From the NCBI RefSeq assembly GCF_018977255.1, contig NW_024704742.1, forward strand, positions 138,138,001 through 138,202,000: a DNA stretch of 64,000 bases. The letters run 5' to 3'. This DNA comes from Callorhinchus milii. Taxonomy: Eukaryota. Shown one piece after another: positions 50,650-63,649 of this stretch. The position numbers and the translations under genes were made by a program. The notes below the pieces were generated by a model. The model ran no database searches and was not told the origin of the DNA. It was given only the letters and a program-made list of their open reading frames with translations. Position 1 is the stretch's first letter; every line of letters begins with the position of its first letter.

Positions 50650-51700
50650 GTGAGGCGGAGGGACTGTGGATGGAGTTCCAGAGGGTGGGGGCAGAGTGGC
50701 AGAAAGCTCGCAGGGCAATAGTGGGGCTAGTGAAGCGGAGGACTTGAAGCAGGCCGGAGCCCGCTGAGTGGAAGTAGTGAACAGGATGGAAGGGGGTTAC
50801 GAGGTCCAGGCTAGGCAGAAGCAAGGCCATGGAGGGCTTTGAAGGTGAGGACCAGGATCTTGAACTGTATCCTCTGTGTGATGGGAAGCCAGTGGAGTCG
50901 GAGGAGGATGAGGGTGATGACGTCACGGAGCCTGGTGTGGGAGAGGACATGGGCTGCAGAGTTCTGGATGATCTACAGCCTATAGAGGCCAACAGGCAGG
51001 GAGTTTGCATAGTGGAGTCTGGCTGTAATGAAGGCATGTGTGAGGGTCTCGGGGGCTGCGGTGTGAGACAGTGGGGGAGTCGGGCCATGTTGCGGAGGTG
51101 GGGAAGGCAGAGCGGATCATGGCACAAATTTGGGGTAGAAAAGATAGTTGAGGGTCAAACAAGACGCCAAGGTTTGGGACTGGCGCAGTGAGGGGGAGTG
51201 AGCCCCAGGGATGGTGATGCTGTCAGGGCCTGAGGTGAGGAGGCTCTGACGTTCAACTGTAGAAAGTTTGCCCTCATCCAGGACTTGATGCCTAACAGAC
51301 ATTCTATCAGGACAGCAGTGGGTCCTGGAGTCAAGAGGGAGAGTTGGGTGTCATCCACATACATGTGGAAGTTGACCCCATGTCTGTGGATGATGTCACC
51401 AAGAGGGAGCATATAGATATTGAAGAGAGGGAACCAAGGACAGAGCCCTGAGGAACACCGCACAAGACAGTCCGGGGGCTAGAGGAGAAACCATTTGACG
51501 AGATGAAGTGCAGGCGGTGTGAGAGGTACGACCAGTCAAGGACAGAGCCACGGAATTTGAGGTGAGAGGAGAGAATAGAGTGGTCGACGGTGTCAAAGGC
51601 AGCAGAGAGATCAAGGAGAACGAGGAGGCAGAGGGAGCCTTGGTCTCAGATGGACAGAATGTCATTCATCACTTTGACCAAAACTGTTTCTGTGCTGGCA
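50650..51700 (-). mobile_element. L2 RT fragment
   Basis: [39 protein letters not shown]. Confidence 0.88.
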
Positions 51701-52209
51701 CCGAATCAAATGTAATGATTATTATTATTATTATTATTATTATTAATAAATACTATATAAATGTAAGTTGGTGATCTCCATTGAACTAATCGTGCTCCCA
51801 GGAGAGGAATTTACCTTTTGCTCAGCCGGGTGTCTGCACATGCGGAAACCCATCACCGTTGCTTAAGGGTATCCAAACCAAGCTAGGAGTTCCATGCATT
51901 CCACCTACGCATGGAAATTCCAGGGCAAAATCTTCGGCAAATTAACAGTCCAGGAGGTAATAATAATAATAATAGGTAAGCGGTGTCAGGCAGAAGCAGT
52001 TGGAGTTTACACAAGGTTCTTGATTGCAAGAACATTTTGCCTCAAGCCCGAACTTGCCAAGGGAGCGGAGTGAAATTTGTGGCTGACAGACAAGCGAGCT
52101 GGTAGAGATGTGAACCTCGGTTTGCCAGGGCGGGGATTCGAGTTTTTTATTTGTATATTGTTAGATTTTTTATTCCTGAAAAGCAGCGAGGAAACGGTTG
52201 ACATATTCA

Positions 52210-52412
52210 ATTCTCGCCTCTGAGTCAGGAGGATGTGGGTTCGAGCCCAACACGCCGGGATCACTGAGCTCATAGTCCAGGCTGACGCTCCAGCCCAGCA
52301 CTGGGGAGGGGGGAGAGGGAGAGAGACTCATTGTCAGAGAACCCGTCCTCCGGGTGAGATGCTGAACCTCATTCCCTGTCTATGCCCTGTTCAGGCAGAC
52401 GTTAAAGATCCC
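52210..52412 (+). mobile_element. DeuSINE 5' part (tRNA-like head and Deu domain)
   Basis: CTCGCCTCTGAGTCAG..GTGGGTTCGAGCCC..CCAGGCTGACGCTCCAG..CATTGTCAGAG..GTTAAAGATCCC; similar copies at 50305-50640 and 57945-58065. Confidence 0.7.
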
Positions 52413-52446
52413 GCCGATGGTGGGGGGAGGCCGGTGGGGCGAGAAA

Positions 52447-54250
52447 AGAACATAAGAACATAAGAATTAGGAGCAGGAGTCGGCCATTCGGCCCTTCGTG
52501 CCTGTGCTCCGCCATTCAATAAGATCACGGCTGATCTTCTCACCTAACTCTGATTACCTGCCCTATCCCCATATCCCCTAATCCCTCTATTTTTCAAGAA
52601 TCTATCAGTCTGAGCCTTGAAAATGTTCAAGGACTGACATCTACAGCCTTCTGGGGGAGTGAATTCTATAAGTTCACTACCCTCTGAGTGAAGAAATGTT
52701 TCCTCAACTCTGTTCTAAAAGGCTGACCCTTAATTTTCAGACTGTGACCCCTGATTATAGACTCTCCTCCCGGGGAAACAGACCCTCAGTGTCTACTTTA
52801 TCGGCCCTTTAAGAATCTTATATGTTTCAATAAGATCTCCCCTAATTCTTCTGTACTCTATAGAGAATACAGCCCCAGTTTATTCAGCCTCTCCTCATAG
52901 GTCAGTCCTCTCATCCCAGGAACTAACCGAGTGAATCTACGCTGCACCCCCTCGAGGGCAAGTATGTCCTTTTTTAAATAAGGAAACCAAAACTGCACAC
53001 AATACTCTCGGTGCGGTCTCACCAAAGCCCTATACAGTTGCAGCGAGACTTCCCTACTCTTGTACTCTAAACCTTTCGAAATGAGCACTAACTGCCGTTC
53101 GCCTTCTTAGTTGCTGCTGCACTGCAAACTAACTTTTTGGGACTGGTGTACAAGGACACCCAAATCCCTTTGAATACTAACTCTATCTAACTTCTCCCCT
53201 TCTAGAAAATAATGTTCTTTAAGCTCCCCCCCCCACTTAGTAATTTAAAGCCCTTTCTATCTCCCTATTTATTCGCGTAGCCAGGACATTTGTCCCAGCC
53301 CTATTTAGGTGGAGCCCATTCCTTTGGAAAAGCTCCCATCTTCCCCAATACTCGTGCCAGTGGCCCATGAATTGGAATTCCTGCTCTCCGCACCACTCTT
53401 TTAGCCAGGCATTCAGATCTATGATCTTCTTTTGCCTGTACCAATTAGCTCCTGGCTCAGGTAACAGTCCCGATATCATCACTTTGGAAGTTCTATTCCT
53501 TAGTTTAATTCCCAATTCCCGGAACTCGCTCCTTAACTCGTCCCTACTGGTCCTACCAATGTCATTGGTCCCTATATGTACCATTACGATTGGATCCTCT
53601 CCCTCATGCCTCAAATTTATCTCCAGCCCGGCGGTGACATCCTTCACCCTGGCCCCAGGAAGACAACAGAGTCTTCTTGTCTCCCTGCTACGGCTACAGA
53701 AAACTGTATCAGTCCTCCCGACTGTCTCATCCCCAATAAGAATTACATTTTTAACCTCCTGCACAAGGGTGTTGGGGTCAGTTTGCCCGTCTTCCTCGCA
53801 GATTTCCTTGTCCACACAGGTTGCCAATATTTCATACCTGTCAGACAAGACTAAAGTCTGGAATTCTTCAGCCCCTCTCTTTCGGGAACGCTTGCTTGCC
53901 CGCCTCCGTCGCTGCTACATTCTTCTTCCTTGGGACTCAGGGGAGTGTCCGGCTCCAGGATAAAGCTGTCCAGGAAGTTTTCTCCATCCCTAATGCTGCG
54001 CAGCGTCTCCACCTGAGACTCCAGCTCAGCTACTCTCAGCTGGAGCTCTCTGATTTCCAGACACTTGCGGCAGACGAAGTCGCCCGGACGTAAGGCGCCC
54101 TCCATTGACTCCCACATCTGACAGACCTCGCAGTTTACTTGCCACACCATCTTCACAAACTTTATATAGATACAAAGATATATAGCCTGCCCCCACTTCC
54201 CCCTCTGCACCCAATTCCCACTCTCACCAAATTCCCTCACACTCTGGCCT
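52447..54250 (-). mobile_element. CR1 LINE with ORF1 (zinc finger, coiled coil, SGNH esterase) joined to the ORF2 3' end; most of ORF2 deleted
   Basis: CxxC..CxxC (VNCEVC, FVCRKC), IGD, CCLPGARVKD, VHIGTND, GLHLN; ORF1 stop at 53237, then ORF2-terminal sequence and a TTCTTATG tail. Confidence 0.92.
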
Positions 54251-56779
54251 CACCTCACTCCGGACGTAGCTCACTCTGAGCTCTCGGCCCAAAGAAGGGA
54301 GATTTTCTCTCTCTCTCTCTCTTTCACTGCCAGTGTCCTGGTCGACAATCCCCCAGATAAAAATGGTTGTTTGCTTATTTGTGGCCCGGCTCCACTGGCT
54401 CCTCGTCCCCCAGAGGATCGAGTTCAAAATCCTCGTCCTCACCTTCAAAGCCCTCCACGGCCTTGTTCCCTCCCTACCTCTGTGACCTGCTAACCCCATA
54501 GCAATCTGTCCGCTCTCTCCACTCAGCAGGCTCCAGCATGCTCCTCGTCTCTCCCCCACCGGCCTCCCCCCACCATCGGCGGTCTGTGTGTTTTGTGGGC
54601 AAAGGTGATGACTGATTTGCACCCTCTCTGCCTCCACCCTTTGGAGCTCCATCCCATAGTCCCTGCACCTCGCTCTCTCCCTGTGCCTCCTTCAAGGCAC
54701 ATCTCAAGACCCTCCTCTTTGACTGCGCCTTCGGTCACCCTCTTGCCCCCACCCTCCCTGTCCTCCATCCCTCCTGATCCTAGCCTCCAACTCGGGTTCA
54801 AATCCCTGACTGTCCAACGCCTGGGGAAAGGCGCTTTACACGTGCCATTTGTTGTTGTTGGGTGCAAATTAGTCATCACCTTTGCCCACAAAACACACAG
54901 TCGCTACACTTGACAGAAATAATAATAATCCTTGCACTTGATATAGAGCCTTATCACGTCTTGGAAACATCGCAAAAGGGCTTCACAGAATATACTGTGA
55001 AGTGTAGTGATTGTATATTTTGCGGCCGAAACACGGCAACCAATTTGCACAAAGTAGATTCCCACAAACAGTCATGGATTGAATGACCACATTTTCTTTG
55101 AAGGGATAATTTATTATTCCCGGAAAGCAAACCATTGACTAACAACCAGACTCTTATTTACTGCTGGATTAACAGAGGCGTGCGGAGGAAGGTTTTGCCC
55201 TGCCCGGAAATCAAAACCAGGTCCTCTAACGTGCGAGGCGAGGCCTCTAACTGATACACCACAGGGTCATGTTATACCAACGGCCAGTCCTGTGTGAGCA
55301 GGGAATTCGCAGAATCAGTCATAGCATTTACTCACCTTCAGGGCAATCAGTAAGTTTTGTTCCTGGCTAGTTTAAACACTTTCCCAACACCTCCCTCCCT
55401 AAGGCTTGTCTGTTGCAATCCACAGGGAACATCATGTGTATGTCTATGAACAACAACCGTGAATCCAAACCAAATTACTGTCATCGCCACACAATAAATC
55501 ATCAACTTTAAACCACAGAAAATCAGGAACAGTGTCCTGATTGTCTAATCCCTATTAGTAGCAGATTGGCGAGAGCCAAGGCTTGGGGACCTCAGGGCGT
55601 GCGTGGCGGTTGTTGTTGTTGTTCACCTAGCAATAGTAGGAACCCAGTTGTTAGTCGATTGGCGGATCGATTTCCAGGGGTAATAATCCCTCAAAAAAAA
55701 AANTTGGGTCACTCAATCCACGACTGTTTGTGGGACGCTGCTGTGCACAATTGGCTGCTGCGTTCCGCCCATAAAACACACAGTCACTACACTTTATTTA
55801 GCCATGTGATGAGGCGCTGCATCAAATAGAAGGATTATTATAACTGAAGTGCTTTGTCAGATGTAGTGACTGTGTTTTTGACAGCATCAATCTGTCAATT
55901 GCCCCTCCATCTCTGAGGCCTGAAACTCCAGCCGGTCAGACCATTCAGTCTCTAACTTTTTCACCAGTCTTAAAAAGTTCCCAGTTACTCTCTATCACCT
56001 CGTACCCCACTGCTCTGCCCACCCTCTTTGCTCAGCTAACACAGGCCCAGGCCTGCTGCACGTCCCCTGACCACTCTGCACCAGCATCAGTGGCCATGAC
56101 ATCTGCCACTATGGCCCTAATCTCTGGAACTCACTGCCTCAATCCCTGTTTTTTCCGCCTCATTATTTTGAAATCCCACCTTGAGACCTACCTGAACATG
56201 GGGTAGGTCTGACCTGCTCATAGCCCACTCCTCTGCCCCTTTGCTCAGCTAATACAGTCCACTGTAGGTGGGATGCACAGAACTCTTAAGCATTGGTGAT
56301 GGGTTTCAGATATCCTCTTCGACTGTGCCTATGCTTACCTCGTCCTTCTCCCTTCCTTGGTATCCAACCTTGCCACTATACAGAGCTCTGAGACACTATC
56401 CTGTGTAAATACAAGTTGTTGTTGTTGGATTTACCCCATTTCTGGAATAAAGGAGTAGAGCCTCCTCACCTCAGGCCCTAACAGCATCACCATCCCTGGG
56501 GCTCACTCCCCCTCACTGCGCCAGTCCCGAACCTTGGGGTCTTGTTTGACCCTCAACTATCCTTTCTACCGCACATCTGTGTCATGACCCGCTCTGCCTC
56601 CCCCACCCCCGCAACATCACCCGACTCCCCCACTGTCTCACACCACAGCCCCCGAGACCCTCACACACACCTCCATTACAGCCAGACTCCACTATACAAA
56701 CTCCCTCCTTGTTGGCCCCCAACTCCTCCCTCCACAGACTGCAGATCATCCCGAACTAACTCTGCAGTCCGTGTCCTCT

Positions 56780-57035
56780 CCCCCACCCCATCACCCCATC
56801 CTCACCCCCACCAGGCTCCCCGACCCATCACCCCCATCCTCACCCCCACCAGGCTCCCCGACCCCATCACCCCCATCCTCACCCCCACCAGGCTCCCCGA
56901 CCCCATCACCCCATCCTCACCCCCACCAGGCTCCCCGACCCCATCACCCCCATCCTCACCCCCACCAGGCTCCGTGACCCCATCACCCCCATCCTCTCCC
57001 CCACCAGGCTCCGTGACCCCATCACCCCCATCCTC
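56780..57035. repeat. 39-bp tandem repeat expanded within an L2 fragment
   Basis: CCCCATCACCCCCATCCTCACCCCCACCAGGCTCCCCGA about 6 times, derived from the L2 segment encoding PITPIL. Confidence 0.9.
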
Positions 57036-57683
57036 ACCGAACTCCGCTTCCCATCACACAAAAGATACAGTTCAAGATCACCCCCAGCTCGGGTCCATAA
57101 CTCTATCTGTCCAGGGCCTTGGGACCTCCTCCCGACGTGAAAGGGCGTTACAAATGTAATTTTGCTGTTGTGCTGTTGTTGTAGGACAGTTGCCGAAGGT
57201 AATGTCGAAGCAGAGGATCTTGAGACGTGCGTTGAAGGAGGCGAGGGAGGGAGCGCAGTGAAGGTTCAGTTAGATGTAGATCCAAAGGGTGTGGGCAGAG
57301 AGGCTGAATGCCCGCCGCCGAAGGAGGGCTGGAGAGTGGACCTGGAGTAGGCTGAAGCCTGCTGTGTGGAGGGAGTGCGCAAGTTGATATGGGGTTAGCA
57401 GGTCACAGAGGTAGGAAGGAGCGAAGCCGTGGAGGGCCCTGAAGGCAAAGATGAGGATTTTGAACTCTATCCTCCGGGGGGAATGGAGCCAGTGAAGCCG
57501 GGCGAGGGTCACAGCGCCAGGTGCAGGAGAGGACATGAGCTGCAGGACTCTCAAGGCCTCCACCACACACAGACATACAGAGAGACACACTCGCACACAC
57601 AGAGAGTGAGACACACACTCACTCACAGACACAGAGTGAGACACAATGAGAAACAGACAAACACCGACAGACAGAAGAGAGAG

Positions 57684-57911
57684 ACTCACAGACAATATGA
57701 ACTGCGGGGCCTCAGGGTGAGGGAAGCCCACTTCCCCCTCGAGCCGCACCGCGCCCGCACATCCTGGGCGGCTCCGCTCACAGTCATGGCAGCGAGTTAA
57801 CAGCCGGTGGCAGCGCAGAGGCCCCGAACTCACTGTGTGTTTAGCCGTTTGTAGCCGAGGGGATGTCCGTAGCGGATTCCGCGGGAAAATTGTGGTCCAC
57901 TTTTCTATTGG
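57684..57911 (-). promoter_or_regulatory. Candidate CpG-rich promoter and first exon
   Basis: CCAAT at 57907-57911, E2F-like TTTCCCGC at 57881-57888, GCTGCCATGA at 57787, donor |GTGAGT at 57684-57689. Confidence 0.45.
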
Positions 57912-58702
57912 CCGAGATCATACCCCATCGGGTGTCAGTCTGGCGAGTCAGTAGCACTCTCGCCTCTGGGTCAGAGGGTTGTGGGTTCACGCCCCACATC
58001 AGGACTTTCTGTTCACCATCCAGGCTGACACTTCAGTGCAGTCTTGGGGTCGCCCTTCATTGTCACAGGTGAGTGTACAATCCATCCTAATGTACAGCAA
58101 TTCCCAAGTGTTGGTGGTTTGGATAACCCACAGCATAGGGATGGGTTTCTGCGTGTGTCAGACACCCGACTAACGAAAAATACACCGATACCTCTGCACA
58201 GACACAGTGGGGAAAGAGCAGGGATTTGGATTACCGTATAGAGCCCCAGTAAAGAGCGATCACCAGCACAGACAGCAGAGGGGGGGAAGGCTTCTGTGCC
58301 GTAAACCAACAAATCACATGGACAGCAGCTCCACTTCTCTGACCTTAACATAACGCAGGAAGTCAGTTTGGCTCAGTCAGTCACACTCTCACCTCCATCC
58401 CCCAGTGCCTTCGCCGCTTCCTCCCTTTCCTCCTTCAAGGCCGGTCTCAAGACCTTTCTCTTTGACCGTGCCTTCAGCTCCCCTCTCGACTCTCTACCCT
58501 CTTCTCGCTTCCTCCCTTCCCTCCCCTCACCCTGACCATTCTCCCCCTCCCTTCCCTCCCCTCACCCTGACCATTTCCCCCCTCCTCGCTCCCTCCCTTC
58601 CCTCCCCTCACCCTGACCATTTCCCCCTGCTCGGGTCATGACCCAACTGTGCAGTGCCTTGGGACGTCCTCCTGACGTGAAAGGCGCTTTATAAATGGAA
58701 TC

Positions 58703-58734
<32 letters not shown>

Positions 58735-58859
58735 GGGTCTAAAGCCTGGGTTCGTGTCCATGTCGGGATTGTGCTCAGAGTCCAGGCTGATGCTCCAGCA
58801 CAGGAGGGGATGGGGGTGGCGGGGAAAAAGTGTTGGTGGCTGAAGGCTCTCCCGCCAAT

Positions 58860-59720
58860 GCCTGTCGGACATCAAGTCCTGGATGAGGGCAAATTTCCTA
58901 CAATTGAATGTGAACAAGACTCAGGCCCTCCTGATTGGCCCTCAGCACCTCAGGCTCTGGCACCATCACCCTCCATGGTTTCACACTTCAACTCACCAAC
59001 TCACCGCCAGTCAGGAACCTCGGTGTCTTGTTCGACCCTCAAGTGTCTTTTCTCCCCCACATTCAAGCCATGACCCGCTCTGCCTTCCCTCACCTCCGTA
59101 ATATCGCCCGACTCCGCCACTACCTCACCCCTCAGGCCACTGAAACGTTTGTATATACCGTCATCACCTCCAGGCTCGACTGTGCAAACCCCCTGCGTGT
59201 CGGCCTTCCCAACTCCTCCCTCCACAGACTGCAGATAATCCAGAACTCTGCCGCCCGTGTCCTCTCCCGCACCAAACTCCGTGACCCCATCTCCTTCATT
59301 CTCGCCCGACTCCATTGGCTCTCTATCCTTCAGAGGATCCAGTTCAAGATCCTGGTCCTCACTAACAAAGCCCTCCATGGTCTCGCCCCACCCTACCTCT
59401 GTGACCTCCTAACCCCTATCAACCTGTACGTTCCCTCCACTTAGCGGCTCCGGCTGCTCCACGTCCCCCAACCCACCCACCCCACCATTGGCGGGAGAGC
59501 CTTCAGTCACTCTGGAATTCCATCCCCCAGTCACTACGCCTCGCGCCCTCCTTAGCCTCCTTCAAGTCCCGCCTCAAGACCCTCCTCTTCGACCATGCCG
59601 TCGGCCACCCCCCTTCCCCTCCCCTCCCTTCGCCCCCCTCCCCGACCTCAGCTCGGGTCCTAAATGCTATCCACTGTCCAGAGCTTTGGAACGTTATACA
59701 AACGTCATCTTGCTGCTGTT
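58860..59720 (+). mobile_element. L2 ORF2 C-terminal fragment and 3' end
   Basis: [46 protein letters not shown]. Confidence 0.9.
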
Positions 59721-60249
59721 GCTGTTCTCACCCGCAGCAATCCACCCCCGCCAATCAGCCACACTCCTGTTTTCATTTCTCATGAAACGAGACTTAGAAA
59801 GTTGACGTGAGCGGATTAACATTCAATGGGCCGTGTGCCAGGCTGATCTGAGGCTCTCTCTGATGTTCCCAACTGAACCACAGCGACCTACAGAGAGGAA
59901 ACGCTTCCTTCCACTCCAAGCAGACGCGTTGCTGAGAGCCTCCGACTATGGTTGTGATAATTGCTCGGGGGCAGGGGAGGTCACTTAGACTTGCATCGTT
60001 TACTGGATGTAGCAATACATGAATTGGCAGCCGTTTTCACCCGTAAAATATACAGTCACTTCCCATCACAGTAAATCTGTGAAGTTTTTTGAGACACCGT
60101 CCAACTTGAAAGTCATCATAAAGAGAGTCTTTCTGTCAGGTCTTGTGAAACAATAATGTATAATATAAATAATAATAATCCTTGCATTTGATATAGCACC
60201 TTATCACGTCATCAAGATATCTCAAAGCGCTTCACAGAATATACTACAA

Positions 60250-62250
60250 CAATAACTTGGATTTATATAGAGCCCTCCACGCCGGACGGAGTCTCAGAGC
60301 GCTTCACAGTAACGGATCCCGGGGCTGAGCCAGGGGGAGGGGGGGGGGAGGAAGGTGACCGAAGATGCGGTCGAAAAGAAAGGTCTTCAGCAGAGACCTG
60401 AAAATAGGAAGAGAGGGAGCGAGACGAAGGGAGTGAGGAAGGGAGTTCCAGTACCTCGGGGCATAGGGGCTGAAGGCACGGCCACCGAGGGTGGAGCAGA
60501 GGACTCGGGGGACAAGGAGAAGGCCAGACTGGTGGAACGAAGGCAACGGGCATTGTTTTGAAGAGAGAGGAGGTCAGAGAGGTCGGGGGGTGCGGAGGAG
60601 TGGAGGGATTTGAAGACAAAGGTGAGGATCTTGAAGTCGATCCTCTCTGGGACAGGCAGCCTCTGAAGGATAGAGAGCCAATGGAGTCGGGCGAGAGTGG
60701 GGGTGATGGGGTCATGGAGTTTCGTGCCGGAGAGGACACGAGCTGCAGAGTTCTGGAGGGAGGAATTGGGAAGGCCGACAAGCAGGGAGTTTGCACAGTT
60801 GAGCCTCGAGGTGATGAAGGCATGAACAAGAGTTTCAGACACTGTAAAGCTCCCTCTACACTGTGCGTCCACACTCCCAGGTCAGGGTTAGAGACACAGT
60901 AAACACCCAGCTTTATCTATCTGCCTCCATCCTTGATGAAGGGCCACTATTGTTCTGCCAGACATTAAATTCTGGATGAGAGCTAACTTTCTCAAGTTGA
61001 ATGTTGAGCAGACAGAAGCCCTCCTGCTTGACTCCCGTAAACACCTCCTGACAGCATCAATCTATCTTGTGGAGCCAGTGCAGAACCTGGATGTCTTGTT
61101 TGACTCCCGATTGTCCTTTAACCCTCCATATCTGGTCTCTGACCCGCTCAGCTCTCACCCACCTCAATAACACTATCAGCGACTGTCTCTCCTCTCAGAC
61201 GGCTGAGACTCTGATCCATGCTTTCATCACATCCAAGCTTGATTACATATAAGAACATAAGAAGTGCTAGACGAAAAAAGACCAAGGTCCATCTAGTTCG
61301 CCTTCCATCTTCCTGGTGGTCACTGCACACATGTCCTGAACTCCCTATGTTACTAAATCCCATCATGTTATTTCCTAAAAGAAAACTATCTAATCTGTGT
61401 TTGAAAGAATCAACATTTGCTGCTTCAACTGTCTCCCTCGGGAACCTGTTCCACAGGTTCAATATACTCATTGAAATAGTGTTTGTATAGATTTGTTCTG
61501 AATTCCCCCTTCAATCGCAGGCCGTGGCCTCTGGTTTTACTATTCTGGACAGGTTGAAACAGACAGTCATGATCCAGATTGTTTGACAGCAGAATCTTAG
61601 ACAGCAATCGTGTCACCTCTCAATCTGCTCTTTCCCAGTGTGAACACACCCAACTTACTGAGTCGCTCCTCATAGTCCAGTCCCTCCATTCCCTCAATCA
61701 TTTGGTTGCCCTCCTCTGTATCCTCTCGGGAGGGGGGGGGAAGGTGACCAAAGGCGCGGTCGAAAAGAAGAGTCTTCAGCCGAGACCTGAGAATAGGAAG
61801 AGAGGGGTGAGGGGAAGGGAGTGGGGAAGGGAGTTCCAGAGCCTCGGGGCGTAATGACTGAAGGCACGGCCGCCGAGGGGGGAGCGGAGGGCTCGGGGGA
61901 CGAGGAGGAGGTCAGACCCGGGGGAGCGAAGGCAACGGGTACTGTTGTGAGGAGAGAGGAGGTCAGAGAGGTCGGGGGGGCAGAGGAGTGGAGGGACTTG
62001 AAGACGAGGTGAGGATCTTGAAGTGGATCCTCTCTGGGACAGGAGCCGGTGCAGTCTGGCCAGGACTGGGGGGAGCGGGGAGCGGGGGTGGGGGGGGACG
62101 GGGGGGGCCAGGACTGGGGGATCGGGAGTGGGGTTTGGTGCGGGTGAGAATGCGGGCGGCAGAGTTCTGGGTGATGTGGGCTGTATGGATGGTCGTGGAT
62201 GGGCGACCGGCGCGGAGGGCGTTAGAGTAGTCCAACCGAGAGGTGGCAAA
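60250..62250 (-). mobile_element. Nested L2 and CR1 fragments
   Basis: L2 motifs at 60250-60845 and 61730-62250; CR1 3' end (TRGHGLRLK, WNRFP) at 61250-61730. Confidence 0.8.
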
Positions 62251-63024
62251 GGCAAAGAATTCCCGACTGTCCAGGACCTTGGGACGTCCTCCCAATGCGA
62301 AAGGCGATATGTAAATGCAGTGTTGTATTGTAGTGTTGTTGTCTCTTCTGCAGGAATCAAGAGGGGAGAGAGCGCCATTTTGTGAGGGACATCTTCCTGT
62401 GGTTGAGATGTTAAACCTCACTCCCCCGTCTGTGCCCCGTTCAGGTGGACGTTAAAGATCCCGCGACGCTGGCTGTCGGGAAAAGAGAAGGGAGTTTGTC
62501 CATCTCTCCCGGGCTGGCAATTCCCCCCCCCAAAAAAATAATTGCTCACTCACTCCATGGCAGTTTGTGGGACGTTGCTGCGTCCGCCTGCAAAACACAG
62601 TCACTACACTTGACGGCAATTCCAGGTGATAAGGCACTTTTGAGATGTTTGACAATGAGTGATGGGACTCTTGAGTCTCTCAGATGTTGGTTTTATTTTA
62701 TTATGGGCCGGACACGGCCAACCCTTAGACCGGTCTCCTCACTCCACACACCTCTGTTTACCGGTGGTCAGTAGGAACCCGGTTGTTAGTCGAACGATGG
62801 ATCACTTTCTGGGGGTAATAATCCCTTCAAATAAATAATGTGGTCACTCAATCCACGACTGTTTGTGGGACGCTGCGGTGGGCAGTTGGCTGCTGCAAAA
62901 GACACAGTCACTACACTTTACAGTGTATCCTGTGAAGAGCTTTGAGACGTCTCGACGATGTGCTAAGGCGTTGGGTCAAATGCCAGGATTATTATTATTG
63001 TTGTTTGGGTTATATTTAATCCCA

Positions 63025-63097
63025 GCAGCAGGTGGCGCTGTTTCATTGCCTGCAATGAGCCGCGGTCTGAGAGGGTGACTGTGCCCCCTGGAGGCCA
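63025..63097. promoter_or_regulatory. Pair of CTCF-like motifs in opposite orientation
   Basis: GCAGCAGGTGGCGCTG (plus, 63025-63040) and TGGCCTCCAGGGGGCACAG (minus, 63079-63097). Confidence 0.65.
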
Positions 63098-63338
63098 TCA
63101 CACTCATTGCATCTCCCTTGGAGTCAGACTACGCGCTTCTCCACAGCTCCTGTTTGCGGGACGCTGCTGTGTGGAATTGGCTGCCACGTTTCGGCCACAA
63201 AATATACAGCCACTACACTTTACAGTGTATTCCGTGAAGCGCTTTCGGACGTCTCGAAGATAAGGCACTTTGTATAGTGTCTTTCACAACGGGAGGACAT
63301 CCCAGCGCCTTGGGGGCTGTGGGACTGTATTTTTCTAT

Positions 63339-63649
63339 TAATAATAATCCTCGCATTTGATATAGCGCTTTTCACGTCAGGAGGACGTCCCAAAGCGCTT
63401 CACAGAACACACTGTAAAGTGAATTGACTGTATATTTGTGGGCGAACGCGGCAGCCAATTGCGCACAGCAATGTCCCACAGACAGTCGTAGATTGAAAAT
63501 GACCAATTTATTATTGTTTTGTTTTGGAGGATTATTATTAGGCTCTGTGTGGAGTAAGGAAACTTGCCCGAGGTTTGGCCCTGACTGGACTTGAACTCAG
63601 GTCTCTCACTTGTAAGGCGAGTGCTCTAACCACTGAGCTACAGGACTCC
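63339..63649 (-). mobile_element. Young-subfamily tRNA-Ala SINE, full length
   Basis: Same short middle and GGGACGTCCTCCTGACGTG tail as the 44236 copy. Confidence 0.9.
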
